Counted from the first letter of the stretch, positions 39,346 through 52,779 are shown. The stretch: 64,000 nt of DNA from Camelus ferus (GCF_009834535.1 NC_045696.1:115322001-115386000); one strand, 5' to 3'. Program-made: numbers and translations. The notes: a model not told the origin generated them from the letters alone.

Positions 39346-39685
39346 CTGTCAGTTAGGTTAGGCCGGGTTAAACTGCTAACTCCTGGTGACTTTTACAGCC
39401 ACCGGTTATATCTCTTACAACTACCTATCAGCTGTGTTTTTTCCCCACGTTAATTTAACTCCAATGCCAGGCTAATGAAGCAGTCACCAGCTGGACATTA
39501 CCAACTCTAGGGAAGAGGGAAAAAAAGGTCATGAATCAATAGGCTTTTAAAGCTGTTAATGGAAGTGACATGCAATTTTCCTCTCACTTTCATTGGCGAA
39601 GCACGTGGTCAAGCCCGATTGTCAAGGGCAGGGAAGAATGATCTTCGTCGTGGAAGGGAAACAGATACTAGTGAGCAATAAATTA
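39346..39685 (-). mobile_element. MaLR LTR (MLT1I/J/L-type)
   Basis: tgtcagttaggttagg...ccaggctaatgaagcag...cttttaaagct...ggaagtgacatg...tttcattggc.aagcacgtggtcaagcc. Confidence 0.65.
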
Positions 39686-39689
39686 TCGC

Positions 39690-40400
39690 AGCTCACCATG
39701 GCTTCCACCATCCCTGTGTTAGATGTCTCAGCATTCCACACCTCTCTCCTTGTTCTCCTCCTAAAACCTGACCTGATGTCTTTGGCCTGTTGGTCCCTCA
39801 TTTGGATGGTCTGAAGCACCTCTCTTCTGCAAGTTCAAAAAAACAAAAGCCTGACTTTGACCATCATCCCCGACTTTCTCTCCATCCTGTCTTTCCGAGT
39901 TTTATTTTTGGTCCTGCAGCTCACAGACCTGAATCCTTCAAGTTGTCCTAGCCTCTTCTCCCTGAGTCAGTCCAGACATCTGCTCCAGACACATTCCCAG
40001 AACATCTTTCACTCATTCACACGCGGTTTCTACCCATACCCTGGCCTCATAAGTCTCTGTCTTACCCACCACGATTGCCCTAGTCTCCATGCAAGTCCAA
40101 CCACCTCCATTCTGGCCCACTGACAACCAGCCACATCCTTCATTCTGTCCCTTTATACTAGACAGCACTAACCCACTCAGAAACCTCCATGTACCCTTAT
40201 GCTGGACCTCATGCCCTCCCATGGTTTCACCACAACGTGCCTTTGCAAAGTTTTCTTTTGTTGCTCATCTGCAATATTCTCCACTAGAGACACACTTTCC
40301 CCGCCATCTTTGTTTCTAATACTGTTCTTGTAAATTTCTCCCTTAAAAGTGTGTCGATTTTCTCTTCTTCCTCCTGCCAATAAGCATCTATGCCTTCCTA
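39690..40400 (+). mobile_element. L2 fragment (old)
   Basis: C/T-rich L2-like body (ctcatttggatggtctga, ccatcatccccgact, cctagtctccatgc, ccctttatactagacagc). Confidence 0.45.
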
Positions 40401-42345
40401 ACTACCCTATCATATTCTTGTCTAAATACCATTTTTACTCCTCTACCTCTTCCTACTGCTAGCTGACATGCCCGTGTAGAGTACATGCTTGCATAATCCT
40501 TTTCTTTCTTTCTTTCTTTTTATGGAGTACTTTTTACATAAAAGGTAATAAGTAGTTTTAAAACTTGAAGCAGTTTTGCGTTTTTGTTCTTGAATTAAGG
40601 CATAGCAAAGCTTTAGACTTTTTTTTGTTTGTTTGAATAGGTGGAATGGTTCTCATGAATCCAAGGAATTCTGAGATGTTGCTCATCCAATTTCAGAGTT
40701 GCAGGTTTTCATAAAGTCTAACCCCAAAAATATGTGTGTTTGCTTTTTTTTTTGAGATTCTCCAGTTGCACGGTAAGGCTACACATTTCTAATGCCCCTT
40801 CAGTGACTGTCAATCAGGAGTTAATTAGCCTGTTGAGATTATGGAGTTACCTTAGTCATCTAATTGGTTAGATCTGAGAACACCTCTCCCTGGTTCTATT
40901 ATGTAATTCTCTTGATCAAGTCTCAGCGAATTGCAAATATACTCATTAGATAAAGCCACGTTGCAGTTTAAATTTGCACTTTTCACTCTTATGATTCAGT
41001 CTTCTTTGTATGTATTATCTCCTCTCTTTTTCTTTTTCTAAATTCAAAATCACAATGCAGGGGTGTTGTACTCACCGGACTCAGAGAAACCCAGAGTGAA
41101 ATACTTTTGAATCTACTGTTGAAATAGTCTGTGAATGCAGAGGAGCACTTACTTGCTCTGGATTAATAATGGATTCCAAGTGTTTATTGGAATTTGAATT
41201 ATTAGTTCTTGGAGCAACAGAGAGTTTTCTAAGGGTAAAGAAGATATCCAGTGCAAAGTGGTAGCCAGTGACTATACACAAATACATTAGGAAAGGAGCC
41301 TCTTTGGGAAAGTCAGTCAGTTTTATAAGGTCACAGAGTCTGGGGTCTCTGCTTTCCTGAGCATGACTTTCTCAAGCCAGCTGTTTACATCAGGCCCTGT
41401 GCCTGGCAGAGATAAGCACACACTTCTTTTCCTTTCTGTTTAGGTAGAAGCTAAATCATGAGAATGGTGACCTGGAAACAAAAGCAGGAGATGAACAGTT
41501 TGTAAGGAAAAAGCCAATCCAATGTCATTTAGAAAACAGACACACAGTTTTCAGCCAAAGGCAAGTGGGAATTAGCTTTATTTCTGTTTTCATAAGGAAG
41601 ATGGGAAAAGTTTGCTTTTCTTGACAAAGGCTTCAAGCAAAGGTCCCAAATGTTGGAAATTACAACAAAATACAAGCTGGGCGTGGACCTCAGAAAGCCA
41701 TGAATCTTTGATATTGTCTCATACATTTGTATATACAGTCTAGTACAGAATATTTATAGGGCATTTCATTATATAAATATTTTACACACATATTTATTCA
41801 TACACAAGATTCTGTCCTTCATACCTGTTCCTGAAATACCCACCCCACCAGGTCTTCATAATCAGCATTGTACATTTTCTTTAAGAAGAGAAACACTTTT
41901 GTGGCTGATGAATCCATAGCTCTGTTGACCTTTCCAAGGCAACGTGAAGTCATTTGAAAAGGGGCACACTTCCATCAGCACTGACAGATCTGATGTACTG
42001 ATGTGCAGATGCCCCTCTGGCCGAGTGGAAATCGTGCTGACTCCTGGGCTCTTTCTTTTCTGACCCATCCTGCCAAACAAAGACTCCCCGGGACAACCAC
42101 TGCTACAATAAAGAATCCCATTGCAAGCATCTTGGCACAAGAGTTGAAGCACCGTTGTGAGATCATTGATGCCTAAAGTGCTTTTTCTTTTCTTAGCACT
42201 GGCTCGTGACAAGCTTCAGATTGGCCAAGGAAAGAGACTTTTATCAAGTGTTTCCTTCTCAAGATGTGTGGTAAGTGCCAGCAGAGTGTGCTGGTAGCAG
42301 ATGGGTAGAGAGATCAAACAAGAGAAGGGAAATTCAGAAAGGAAA

Positions 42346-42389
42346 ACACACACACACACACAAGTGCGCACGCGCACACACACACACAC
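42346..42389. repeat. Interrupted (CA)n microsatellite
   Basis: acacacac...caagtgcgcacgcgcacacacac. Confidence 0.85.
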
Positions 42390-42788
42390 TTGATGCTTAT
42401 TTCAATATTGTGTTTCCAGAATCTCTGTATGTGAATCAGTCGTGACAGATTATCCGTGAGAGGTGATTTCTATCCTGTTCATTTCTGTGCCTGAGGAAAT
42501 CAAGATGCAGGAAGGTATTTTGCTGATAAGAGCTTTGACCCAGATACATTCTGTAAACCCACTCCTTGAGTCACAGAAGAACTTCACAGAAAATTCTTCA
42601 TCTGGACAAGAACATCTTGTCTTTCTAAACATAATGAATGAGTGAAGCAGGGAGGACCTAAATTTCCTAAAGGACCTGTTATCTATCCATGGTCAGGAGC
42701 CGGGGTATGATGTGCAAACAGGAGGGGAATGAAGACTAGACTGATAAGCTAGTATTGAATTTATGTTCTGGTTCAAAGCGACAGGGTC

Positions 42789-42791
<3 letters not shown>

Positions 42792-42828
<37 letters not shown>
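42792..42828. repeat. (TG)n microsatellite
   Basis: About 18 perfect TG units. Confidence 0.95.
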
Positions 42829-42829
<1 letters not shown>

Positions 42830-45779
42830 TGTATACACTCCATGTATGTGACTGTCTTTCTTTACCAGAAATAGAAAATCTATTTTTTAAAAATGTAAAC
42901 TAAACACCTAACCAATATCTATGCAATACAAGACATCTGGATGAATTTTAAAATTAAATTACAACTCCCAGCGGCTTTGTCCACAGCTGTCACACGTCTG
43001 GAAACATCTGTGTCTACGTGTGCGTGTGTGTGTGTGTGTTTTTAATTAATGGAGGGTTTTTTTTCCCTTTTTTATTATATTCTTAGAAATTGAGTAGACA
43101 TAAACTTATATAATGAAAAAATATCTCAACTGCAAAACAATAATTCTTAATGTTAGACTTAACTCTAACACAGAAGTTCAGCAATGGTCAAATACAGCAG
43201 AAGGTGAAGTGAACACCTGTAAAACACACATGGACCATTGCAGAACTTTGTCTCTGAAGTGGAAGAGTGAAATATTAGATATTTGATATCTAACAGTAAT
43301 AGACATGAAACAAGTATGAGATTAAAACATATTATGAAATATTTCTTGCAGTCAGGAGACATAAAGCTTCTCCTGAATTCTTACTAAAATGCAAACTGAA
43401 ACATATATTTGAATTAAAAATGGTGCTTGCATTTATGTTCTGTGAATCGCAAACTCAAATATGGCATCAGAACTTTTTTTGTGATCTGGCCCTGGCCTAC
43501 CATTTCCGGCTGTCATCTCTGTCACTCAGGAACCCCAGCCCAACGAAATCACCTGAGCATCCAGGGCCAAGTGAATACCTTCTTTTGCTTGAAAAAATAT
43601 CCTCCCTTATACTTCACCCCACCCCATGCATCACATACTGATGCACAGAAAATGCTCACGTTGTCTGCCAGTGACACGTGCGTGGTTGCACACAGACGTG
43701 TACAAATAAATCCGCATTCTTTGCCTGGCTGATGACCACTTCCAGGCTTCTGTGAAAGCTCTGCCCCGGCACCTGTTGAAATTGTTTATCTCCCTACTCG
43801 TCAACATCACACTTTCACCTCCTTGATCGGCCTTTATCCCGCACATCTTTATCCCCACCACGAGCAGTTTTACATTAAAACTATCAATAAACAGTGATGT
43901 ATTCATTTTACTTTCAGGACTATCATCCTAAGAATCCTTTTAACAGTAAAAACTAACTAACCGAAAGGTAGAGAGAGACCCCAGTTCTTGCATACCCGAA
44001 AGATAAGTTTACAATCGGGAGGCGGTGTGCTGTGTAGCGAGAGATTTTAAAGATTTATTTAGAAAAGAAAATGTACTCGTCCAAGAACGGGAAGCGGGCA
44101 GGTCCAAGGTGGGAAAAGTGGTGATTTTGGTCCCCCTCTTTCTCTCATAGCCTCGCTTAGAGGTGGTCTCTTGATTGATTGACGGCTCTTGTCCCTGGAA
44201 TGCTGAGTCATGTTTGGCCTTTGTGCATGTCCTTACCCATGGTGTACACAGAAACACCCACAGTGGGGGAGGGGGCTAAACCGAAATGTTAATTATGATA
44301 CAATGAACATTGAGTCGTATCCGGTTAAGTCCTTTCTGCTACCGCACAGTCGTGGCTCTTGGGTTTTGACCAGTTTCTTGCTGGCGCTCATTTAGAAAAA
44401 GTAAAAGCCCTTTATGCTGGAGGCAGGCATAACACCATCCTCCGGACCATCCTCCCTCTCCTCCACCGTATCTGCCCCCACTTATCGGACCACCTAACAC
44501 TAACACAAACACACTCCAAAATATATTGCCACAATTTCAGTGCATACAGAGGATAAATTTTGCTAATTGAACTTTATGACACTTTATAATACCAAGCAAA
44601 GATATGAACCAGGGAGACTCAGAATTTGAATGTTCAACAATGGGGTTGAGCATTTCCCAGAGACAGCATAAAATGAAGCTGCTGTCTGAATGATCAGAAG
44701 TGCGTTCAGATTCATCATTAAATTCCCTCTGCTACTCCAGTTTCTAATGAGAGTTCAGGACATTTTAAAAAGCTCTACGGAGTTAGATTGACAGTGGACT
44801 AACCCAAGTTGTACCATGGGTAGCGGGTTCAATTTGAGGGCAGAGAGCACATTTATCTCAGTGGGGTAGAGTCTGTGCCGTGCGGCCAGGGCACAGCCAG
44901 TGCCTCCTTTACTTTGCTTTGCTTTTGCTGTGACTCAGTTTGCGGGCAACCTTGACAGCATCTTAAACTTACATGATTGCTCAAGTCAGTCCCCCTCAGG
45001 CTAAGAGCTGGTGCCCTACCAAGTCCAAGGTGAAGGTCAAGATGCAAAATGTGTAGCAAATCATGATACTTACCGATCTGAACCTTATTTTGTTCTTTGT
45101 CCAGCTTTCTGTTTCCTTGCCAGCTCTCTAGTACAATTAAGTAAAACCAGGAATAAAACAAACAAACAAACAAAAAATGCCTCTCTTTCATGCTGCCCAG
45201 GAAGGAAAAGAAAGAAAACCTTCCCCGTCCTTCCCTGAAATGGTCAGAGATTTGAGCGTCTGACTCATGAGACTGGGTTATTTATTTGTGCTTTGATCCA
45301 CCCATTCATTCACACCCACTCCCTCCCCTACGAGTTCTTTTGCAAGAGACATGATGCTGCAGGGATGGAAAGTCAGGGGCAGAATAGCAGTTCTCCCCGC
45401 AGGGTGTCTTCAGTGTCCTTGGGAAAACAAGAACTAAACCCCAGCTATCATCCAGGCTAGGAAGTGATTCGGCAGGAGAAAACAGCGGATACAAGACCAC
45501 GGAAGTCCAGAGCAATTGGAATGAATCTTCCCCAGGTGGGAGGGGGCGGGTTCACAGACATTACTAACCGCACATGCTGACCTTAATGTCAAAGACGTGG
45601 AATCCCTAAAACAACTCCTTAGATGAAATGTTTCATTTAAACATTTAGGGCCGGTGCTCAGTACTGTGTTGACCTCTCGTGACTCACGTGAGTGGGGGAG
45701 GGAGAATGAGAGGCTAAAACAAAGCGTTTTAGTAATTGTGTGCTAGAGGCCAGGGAGGGTTCCGGTAGAATCGAACTCT

Positions 45780-45890
45780 TAATCTGCAGATAAAGAAACC
45801 GAGTTCTGAGTGAAATAACTTGACTGAGGTCAACAGATTTGTAAGAGGCAGAGCTGGGGTTTTAACCCAGTCTGATTCCTTCAGTCTTGC
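45780..45890 (-). mobile_element. MIR SINE
   Basis: cagataaagaaaccgag...aataacttgactgaggtca...ggcagagctgggg.tttaacccag. Confidence 0.7.
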
Positions 45891-46524
45891 TGCCTCCTCC
45901 TGGGCACCAATCACTTTGTGAGCCCCACCCCTGTTTAGATTGCTACTAGGTTTCACCTTGACTGTTAACTTACCCAAGGTTGTTTCTCTTATTTTGCAAA
46001 AGCCTCTAACCCGTCCAGAGAATGCTGTTGAAATACTTGCCTCTGTGTATCAGGCTTTGGACCTGTTAAAAGGCACTGATGTGTGTGTCTGCCCACACGG
46101 AAGCGCGTCACCTCTTTACTGTGATTTTTTTACCTGCGTGCAGGCTGCTAAGAGAAGATAAAGTTAAGGGCCAGAGCTTTTTGTTGGTCTCTGTTCTTTT
46201 TAATGACAACCATGCTGTTATTTTTTATTATTTGCCCAGATGGAAAAAGCTTTGTGTGTTGGGAAGGACTCTCTTTGATCCTTGTACGCAAAATTTTTAT
46301 AGTAGTTCATTTAGAAGCTGCCCGTGAAACCATCTCAACCTTGGTTTTCCTGTGCGTGTTGATTTTGTACAGAATTCTCTGGAAGAACAAAACTCAGGCT
46401 TGAGATACAAAAGAGGAAAAAAAAAAAGGTCTGATTTTTGTTTTTTAAGGTTGTTATTTTGTTTTTGTTGTTTTTTTGCCATCAAATGTGAATTTTTCTA
46501 AATAAACATACAAAATGATCAAAT

Positions 46525-46557
46525 AGGTGAGATCGGGCACGTTCAGGGTGGTATAGC
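46525..46557 (-). pseudogene. 5S rRNA fragment (about nt 8-40), retroposed with an L1 stub
   Basis: Reverse complement GCTATACCACCCTGAACGTGCCCGATCTCACCT vs mammalian 5S GCCATACCACCCTGAACGCGCCCGATCTCGTCT: 29/33 identity, all four differences are transitions, two at CpG. Confidence 0.85.
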
Positions 46558-46680
46558 AAAAGAAAATGTGACAATGAATGTATGTATGTTCATGTATAAC
46601 TGAGAAATTGTGCTCTACACTGGAATTTGACACAACATTGTAAAATGACTATAACCCAATTAAAAAATGTTTAAAAAAAA
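46556..46680 (+). mobile_element. L1 3'-end stub
   Basis: gaaaatgtgacaatgaatg...ttgacacaacattgtaaaatgactataac..aattaaaaaa tail, homologous to the other L1 tails in the window; TSD aaaatgatcaaata (46512-46525) / aaaaagatctaata (46677-46690). Confidence 0.85.
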
Positions 46681-46894
46681 AGATCTAATAAAGATACCAC
46701 AAGACTGCCTGCATTGGAAGGATTAAGGTCAGGCAGGACTTGTACTGTCTTCTAAGAATTTCCACTTTTGGAAAGTGCTTTAATTCTTTCAGGCAACTAA
46801 GGTGATATTTAGTGCAGTAATTTAGTTAACTGAAAGTCCAGGAACCTACGTTACTAAGACATTTTAGATCAGTATATAGTGATATTTAAAAATA

Positions 46895-47140
46895 AGGGCA
46901 GGAAGGAATAAATTAGTGGTTGGGGATTAACAGACACATGTTGCTATATATAAAGTAGATAAACCACAAGGACCTACTGTCTGGCACAGGGATCTATATT
47001 CAATTTCTTGTAATAACATATAATGGAAAAGAATCTGAAAAGGAAAAATATAGATGTGTGTGTATAACTGCATCACTTTGCTGTGCACTGAAACTAACAT
47101 TGTAAATCAAATACACATCAATAAAAATTTTTTTTTTAAA
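46895..47140 (+). mobile_element. L1 3'-end stub (older artiodactyl-type tail)
   Basis: aattagtggttggggattaacagacac...aaggacctactgt..gcacaggga...taatggaaaagaatctgaaaa...cattgtaaatcaa..caataaaaa. Confidence 0.85.
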
Positions 47141-48367
47141 AGGAAATGTAGTCTAAAGTTCAGGGTCGTAAATAGTTTGCTCTATAAAGTTGGCAATTTC
47201 CTAAACAGGAAAAACAGTGTAGTTTTTGTTTATTTAGCTTTTAAAATGTCCGTGTGTCATCATATAAATTTCTAGGTTATTGACATCCCCAGTTTAAGGA
47301 ATTTTCTTTGCAGAAGACTGTGAGTATCAGAAATGGGACGGAAATCATAGTTATTTCCCCATTAGTAGAAACATTTCATAAATTCTTATTTGCCAAATAT
47401 TTTGGAAAAACATATTAGTGATGTTGATCTGACTGTTAGTTATTCCCAGGGACTTGTATGCGTTAGCTTTTGCGTCCTAGGAAGCGAGGAAGTAATTGTC
47501 ACCCTGAAAGACGGATGGATCTTAAAAGGGATTTTGAAACAGTAGGTAAAAACCAATTTCTTACTGCAGAGTAATCCAAGATTCTAACCAGATTATATGT
47601 CTTTGTGTTAAAAACCACTGATCTTAATAGCTGTGGTTGGAACAGCAATGGAATAATTTACTTGTCATGGCTGTCAGATTCACTGAATATTTCTGTCCAC
47701 TCTTACTTTCTTTATTCAAAACGATAAAGGTGGCATCTTCTATCCAACTTGCAGTTAATGGGGGAGGGTAAGATAGTTTTTTTTGTTGTATCTTGCAGAA
47801 ATTTAATTTTTTTTTGTAATGCAAAGTGTAATGAAGGAGAGAAACCAAGTGGAACTTGATTGACAAAGTCAGTTTTTCAGGAAGAACACATTTAGAATCC
47901 ATAATGCAGGCCCATTCAACTTGTGGACACTTGGTCATCGGATTAATTTAGTTTAGGTGTTGGTTTTTAAGACTGTTGCTTTTACTTAAAAACCTAAGGA
48001 AGTCCTTGTTTTATCTTCATCAAAACCCCACCCAGTGTAAACTTCTCTAGAGTCAGGAGTTGCAGTCTTCTTCTGCCAGAAAGAAAAATAAAACATTTAC
48101 TAGAATGTCTCTCACTCCCCGGTTTGGTCAACGAGCAGATGTACTTTTGGGCACCTCAACACATGATCAACCCAGTGTTAACATTGTGAAAACCATACAT
48201 ATGCTGTTTAGAATCTCTGTGGTGTATTTTAAATTAGTGAAAGATCTACCCAAGTGCTTAAATGTGTATGTGTAGCCTTTCCTGAAACGTGCAAATGAAT
48301 CTAAAATTCTACATGGCAGGAGAGGGTATACGTATATTAGGTTGCAGAATAGTAACTATTCCCTGCC

Positions 48368-48443
48368 AAAAGTGAAAAAGGAAAAGAAAAGGAAAAGGAA
48401 AGAGAAAGGAAAGGAAAAGGAGAAGAAAAAAGAAAAGAAAAGA
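48368..48443. repeat. Polypurine (GAAAA-like) low-complexity tract
   Basis: gaaaaaggaaaagaaaaggaaaaggaaagagaaaggaaaggaaaaggagaagaaaaaagaaaagaaaagag. Confidence 0.9.
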
Positions 48444-48460
48444 GTCAGCCATTTGTCTAT

Positions 48461-48679
48461 CAAAGTTCAACAGACTTTTTCTATAAGGGGTCGAGTATTA
48501 AGTATTTTAGCCTTTGTGGGTCACGCAAATTCTGTCACAGCTACTCAGCTCTGACACTGCCACATGAAAGCAACCACTGGCAATATGTAAACCAATGAGC
48601 TGTGTTCCAATAAAATTTTATTTCCTAAAACCCACAGCAGGCTGGATCTGGTCCATGGGCCATACTTTGCAAATCCCTG
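48461..48679. mobile_element. MER58A hAT-Charlie element
   Basis: tattttagcctttgtggg...ctactcagctctg...tgtgttccaataaaattttattt...ggccatactttgcaaatccctg. Confidence 0.85.
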
Positions 48680-49384
48680 GTCTCGATGTCTCCAAATGTT
48701 TAGCTTCTTAATATCTTTTCCAATTATCTGTGCATACAGAACAAACCACTGAAAACTTGGTAGTGGGATAAAAAACAAGCATCGTTTATTATCAGTGTGT
48801 CTCATGATTACGAGTATCTTGAGCTGTATTATTAGCCGTATGTGATGGATCTCTCTCGTGATTCTGAGGTTAAGAGGGCAGGGTTCGCTCGGGCGGAGGA
48901 GTGTGGGGAGAGGTCCCCTGTCGGGTTACAGTCAAATGGCAGCGTGTGCTGGCGTCCTCTCCAGACCTGCCTGACTCACGTGTTAGGTGCACGATGTGGA
49001 ATGAAGAACATGGCTGTAACTAAATCCTGTGGGAGATGCAGTCATTTTTGTAAAGAGCTCTCGTCGAATGTTTCAGAAATACTCGGTTCTCTCCAGCTCA
49101 CTGGAGAATCCAGGATAAACACTGCCTGCGGGTGTGTCCTCTGTGCGTCTCCTCCTCCTGGCCTTGTGTGGCCTAAGTATGATGCTACCCTGAACAGCAC
49201 ATTTCATCCACGTCCAATAATACCAGCGGTGCCTTTTTCGGACTGCTGCTGGCCTGTTTCATTTCCTTTAGATAAATGCAATTTTTCAGAAGTTGATTGT
49301 AAACACTCTTCTAGTCCTGTTCTTCATCTGAACTAGCAATTTTAATTAAATGGTAATGACTAAAAAAAACAAAAATGCCACCTT

Positions 49385-49580
49385 TTGGCTAGAACTTCAG
49401 CCAGGGCTGTCTGCCAGAGCATCTGCTGGTGGCCTTTCCATGCGTCCTGGGCTCCTCACTGCATGGCATCTGGGTTCCAGAAAGACAGCCCGGCTGAAGC
49501 TCTCTCTCCTTGTGTGGCCTCCCCTGTAAAGTCACAGCACCTTTGCAGTGCACCTGCTCTTCTGGTTGAGGTGGGCCTCA
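49385..49580 (-). mobile_element. MaLR LTR fragment (MLT1F/H-type)
   Basis: ctcagc-like/ggggctgtc..ccagagc...tggcctttccatg...gggctcctcac.gcatggc..ctgggttcc...aagtcacagca pattern. Confidence 0.55.
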
Positions 49581-50680
49581 GAGGAGAGGGCTGAGGCCAC
49601 ACCCAGTGACGGCCGAGTGGCTCAGTCCCAACGTAAGCAGGCCGCGTGGGAGGGGAGTCACTGCCGTGGCCGTCAGTGTCAGGTGAACCTGCCACAGTGG
49701 TGTTGTCCTCTCCAGTCTTCCTCTCTGGGCTGTCTGAGCACCAGCAGTGGAAAAGGCCGGACCACGAGCTTTGGAGGTCCAGGGAGAAGCCGGGACGGTC
49801 CTGGGAAGAACACGTGTTTGCTGGTGGGAAGCAGGCGTGTGCTAAATCCAAGTGAGTGTACGACTCCAAACCCCAGAGCCAGGTGTTGAAGGAAGAGAAT
49901 TTTCCGAATGTGTGTAAAAGATGGGGGGCCTCATGTTTTCAGAGGAAGGTTGTGAATCCAAGTCCAGGCACACAGGGCAGGAAGTCAGGAAGATGCCTCC
50001 ACGACCAGAAGCCTGAGGCGATGCCCTTGACCTGGCGGCCACGCTCTGACCCAGCCAGGGGCTCCGCAGACAGGTGGCCAGCCTGGGTGCCACTGCCAGC
50101 CCAGGACAGCCCGCGGCCCAGAGTGGGGCCGGCAGACGGGGCTCCTAGGTGGGGAGAGAGAACCAGGTTTTGATTGTGAAGGTGAATCCTGACAGATGTC
50201 ACCGGAGCAAGACTCTCACCAGAAATGACTGCATCAGCTGGTTGGTTTGCATCACGATTTCAAAAATAGACAGAACAGCCCATCTGGGAGGTTAAAGAAT
50301 GAGGCAAGTCTTTAAAACACCATCCCCTAACTTCTCTCATTTTCGTGCTCAATAAGCCATCCTCTGCGTCAGAGCCCCCGGAAGGGCCCCTCGGAGCGTG
50401 CACCTTGGTACGAGAGCCCGGGGACATCTCTGGTGCCATTTTAAGCCTCCCCCACTGTATGTACCTCGCTCGCTCTGTCTGTGGACCGAATGTACCTATT
50501 TTTTGCTCCGTTGATTTAATAGCCCCAGGAAAAGTTGAGAATGTGATCATAGAAGTTCTGTCTGAGTGGAGCGTCTCAAGTTTCCTCTCCAGCCTTTCTC
50601 TGGGGTTCCTTGGACCCTATAGGTTCTAGGTTTTGCTTCATCCCAGCTGCTCTTGGTGTAGAGCCTGCTGACATTAACCT

Positions 50681-50683
<3 letters not shown>

Positions 50684-50735
<52 letters not shown>
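50684..50735. repeat. (TG)n microsatellite
   Basis: About 26 perfect units. Confidence 0.95.
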
Positions 50736-50738
<3 letters not shown>

Positions 50739-51829
50739 TGTGTTCCTGCCCCTCTATCCCCTGCAAGAAACATTTGCCTTATTCTTAAGCAGTGTTTTAA
50801 CAGGTTTCAGTCCATTAAAAAGCAAAAGAGAGCATTAAATAGCATTCTTCAGCTTTTAACTGGTGAGCTCTGGTCGGTTTATTAATAGACTCTAACTGCA
50901 AATGTGTCTGTTACATGCTAGGGCTCTCGGCCGACTCTCGCAGCAACAGCGGTGTCCTCTGGGACTAGAAATCCAATTCTGAGTTCTACCTCCAGGTAAT
51001 GCTTTTGGACTGCTTTAGAGAGATTAAACAAATAAATGGTGAAACATTCCTTCCAGAGAGCTGAAGCTGGCTGGATTTATTCATGCTCTAAAAAACCCTA
51101 GCCTAAGAAAACAGCCAAGACTTAAAGAAGCTAATGGCCCAGTGGGACCAAGTCTGTTCTGCTGGCAGTCTCCTTATTGCCATTTCTGTCCTGTTTCTAC
51201 AGGACTGTGACACTGGATGGACAGCAAGCTGAGAATTGGGATAATCGGAAGGATGTTTGAATTCTTCTATGGAAAGTCACAAGCACTAGAAGGAGAGGGG
51301 GAGCTTTGTCTTGATGGTAACAGAGTAGGAGAGTCGATTCTGGCTATGCAGATGCATGCAGGCAGGAGGAAAGCTCCATTAATCTTAGCTCCATGTGAGA
51401 CCGGCCTGCTGCCTCTTTTCTCATAATGAGTCATCTTTCCCTTTTTGCCTTGACTGCTAGGAAGCTTGGAACACATTATGAACACCTGTCATCTTCCTGA
51501 ACTTAATGGAAAGGAATTGGAAGAGGTAGATCAAGCACCAGAAGAGAAAGAGACATAAAATTTTAACTTAATGCCAGAGAGTTTAAAAAAAAAAAAAAAC
51601 CCAAGGAGCCTGGAGGGACTGTGATGATGTCAATACATAAATTCAATGTTAAAGTACATTTCCCCTCCCCTTTTTAACATAGCATGGGGGAAGTGTTCAA
51701 AGAAGACTGGCTTGGTTTTAGCAGATAATGAAATTGCATTTTCACTGCACATTTAATTGTAACCATAACAATAGCATATATATCTATAACACTAACTCTA
51801 ATAATATTTTACACAGTTCAACTTATTTA

Positions 51830-51990
51830 ATTCACACGATGGCTCAAGGAGGGTTCTGATCTTATTCTCATTTTGGGAGTGATGACACTAAGGATCAGAG
51901 AGGTTAAGTGCTTACCCAGAGTCACACAGCTGGTCATGATGGAACCAGGGTTGGAATCCGGCAAATCTCCTCCAGCGGCATGGTCCTCAG
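51830..51990 (-). mobile_element. MIR SINE
   Basis: actaaggatcagagaggttaagtgcttacccagagtcacacagctgg...ggaaccaggg.tggaatcc. Confidence 0.75.
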
Positions 51991-52140
51991 CACTGGTCCT
52001 GTTGGCCCTGCAATGTCAGGTTGTGATTCAGCTACATGTGTTGTAGTTTCAGTAAACATATTACTTGATAATCTTCCCTCTGTCAAATTTTCTCCACATT
52101 CTTACTATATTAATATTGTTCTGTGTGTGCATATTATGTG

Positions 52141-52228
52141 GTGTGTATATATGTATATATATATATGTATATATACACACACACACACACACACATATAC
52201 ATACATATATATATATATATATATGTGT
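52141..52228. repeat. Compound (TA)n/(CA)n microsatellite
   Basis: gtgtgtatatatgtatatata...acacacacac...atatatatatgtgt. Confidence 0.9.
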
Positions 52229-52779
52229 CCCTGGTTACATGTGGAAGTATCAATAAAGGTATAGGATTGACAATGAGGAAGTGGTAACGTTAGATCTTCC
52301 ATTGTGACGTTCACTGAAATTTGAAATTTGCAGCAGAGACATTGCTCACTAAATATGCACGTGTTCCCCTCAATGTTCAAGTTCCTCTTGTGTTTACAAC
52401 GGGGCCATGTCATTCACTGTAGCTAATGTGACTGTGGACAAAAATGATCTATGGTGAATCCCTGCATTTGCAGAGAAAGAAGCCTAGAGCACGAAGGAAG
52501 GCCCAGAATGGCGTTTGAAGGGCCACACATTTTGTCACAAGTGAAAGAGTTAAAAAAAACTTCTGGAAGAAATGGTCCTGGAAAATTGGGGGTGGGGGGG
52601 CGGGTAAGATGGTAGCTGCCCTCAAGTATCTGGCTTGTCACCATGTGGAAGAAGAACAGCCTTGTTCTGCACGGCGTGAAGGTGCGTAACCAGGGCTGAT
52701 GAGCGAAAAATACAGAGGCACTCACTCAGTTCAATTCAAAAAGAACTTACTTTTCATACCCCGTGATGGGCTCTCCAGC

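Noticed and set aside
48842..50629. Cluster of overlapping 80-160 aa ORFs
   Set aside because: They occur on both strands with no homology or splice evidence; expected from raised GC content and a MaLR fragment.
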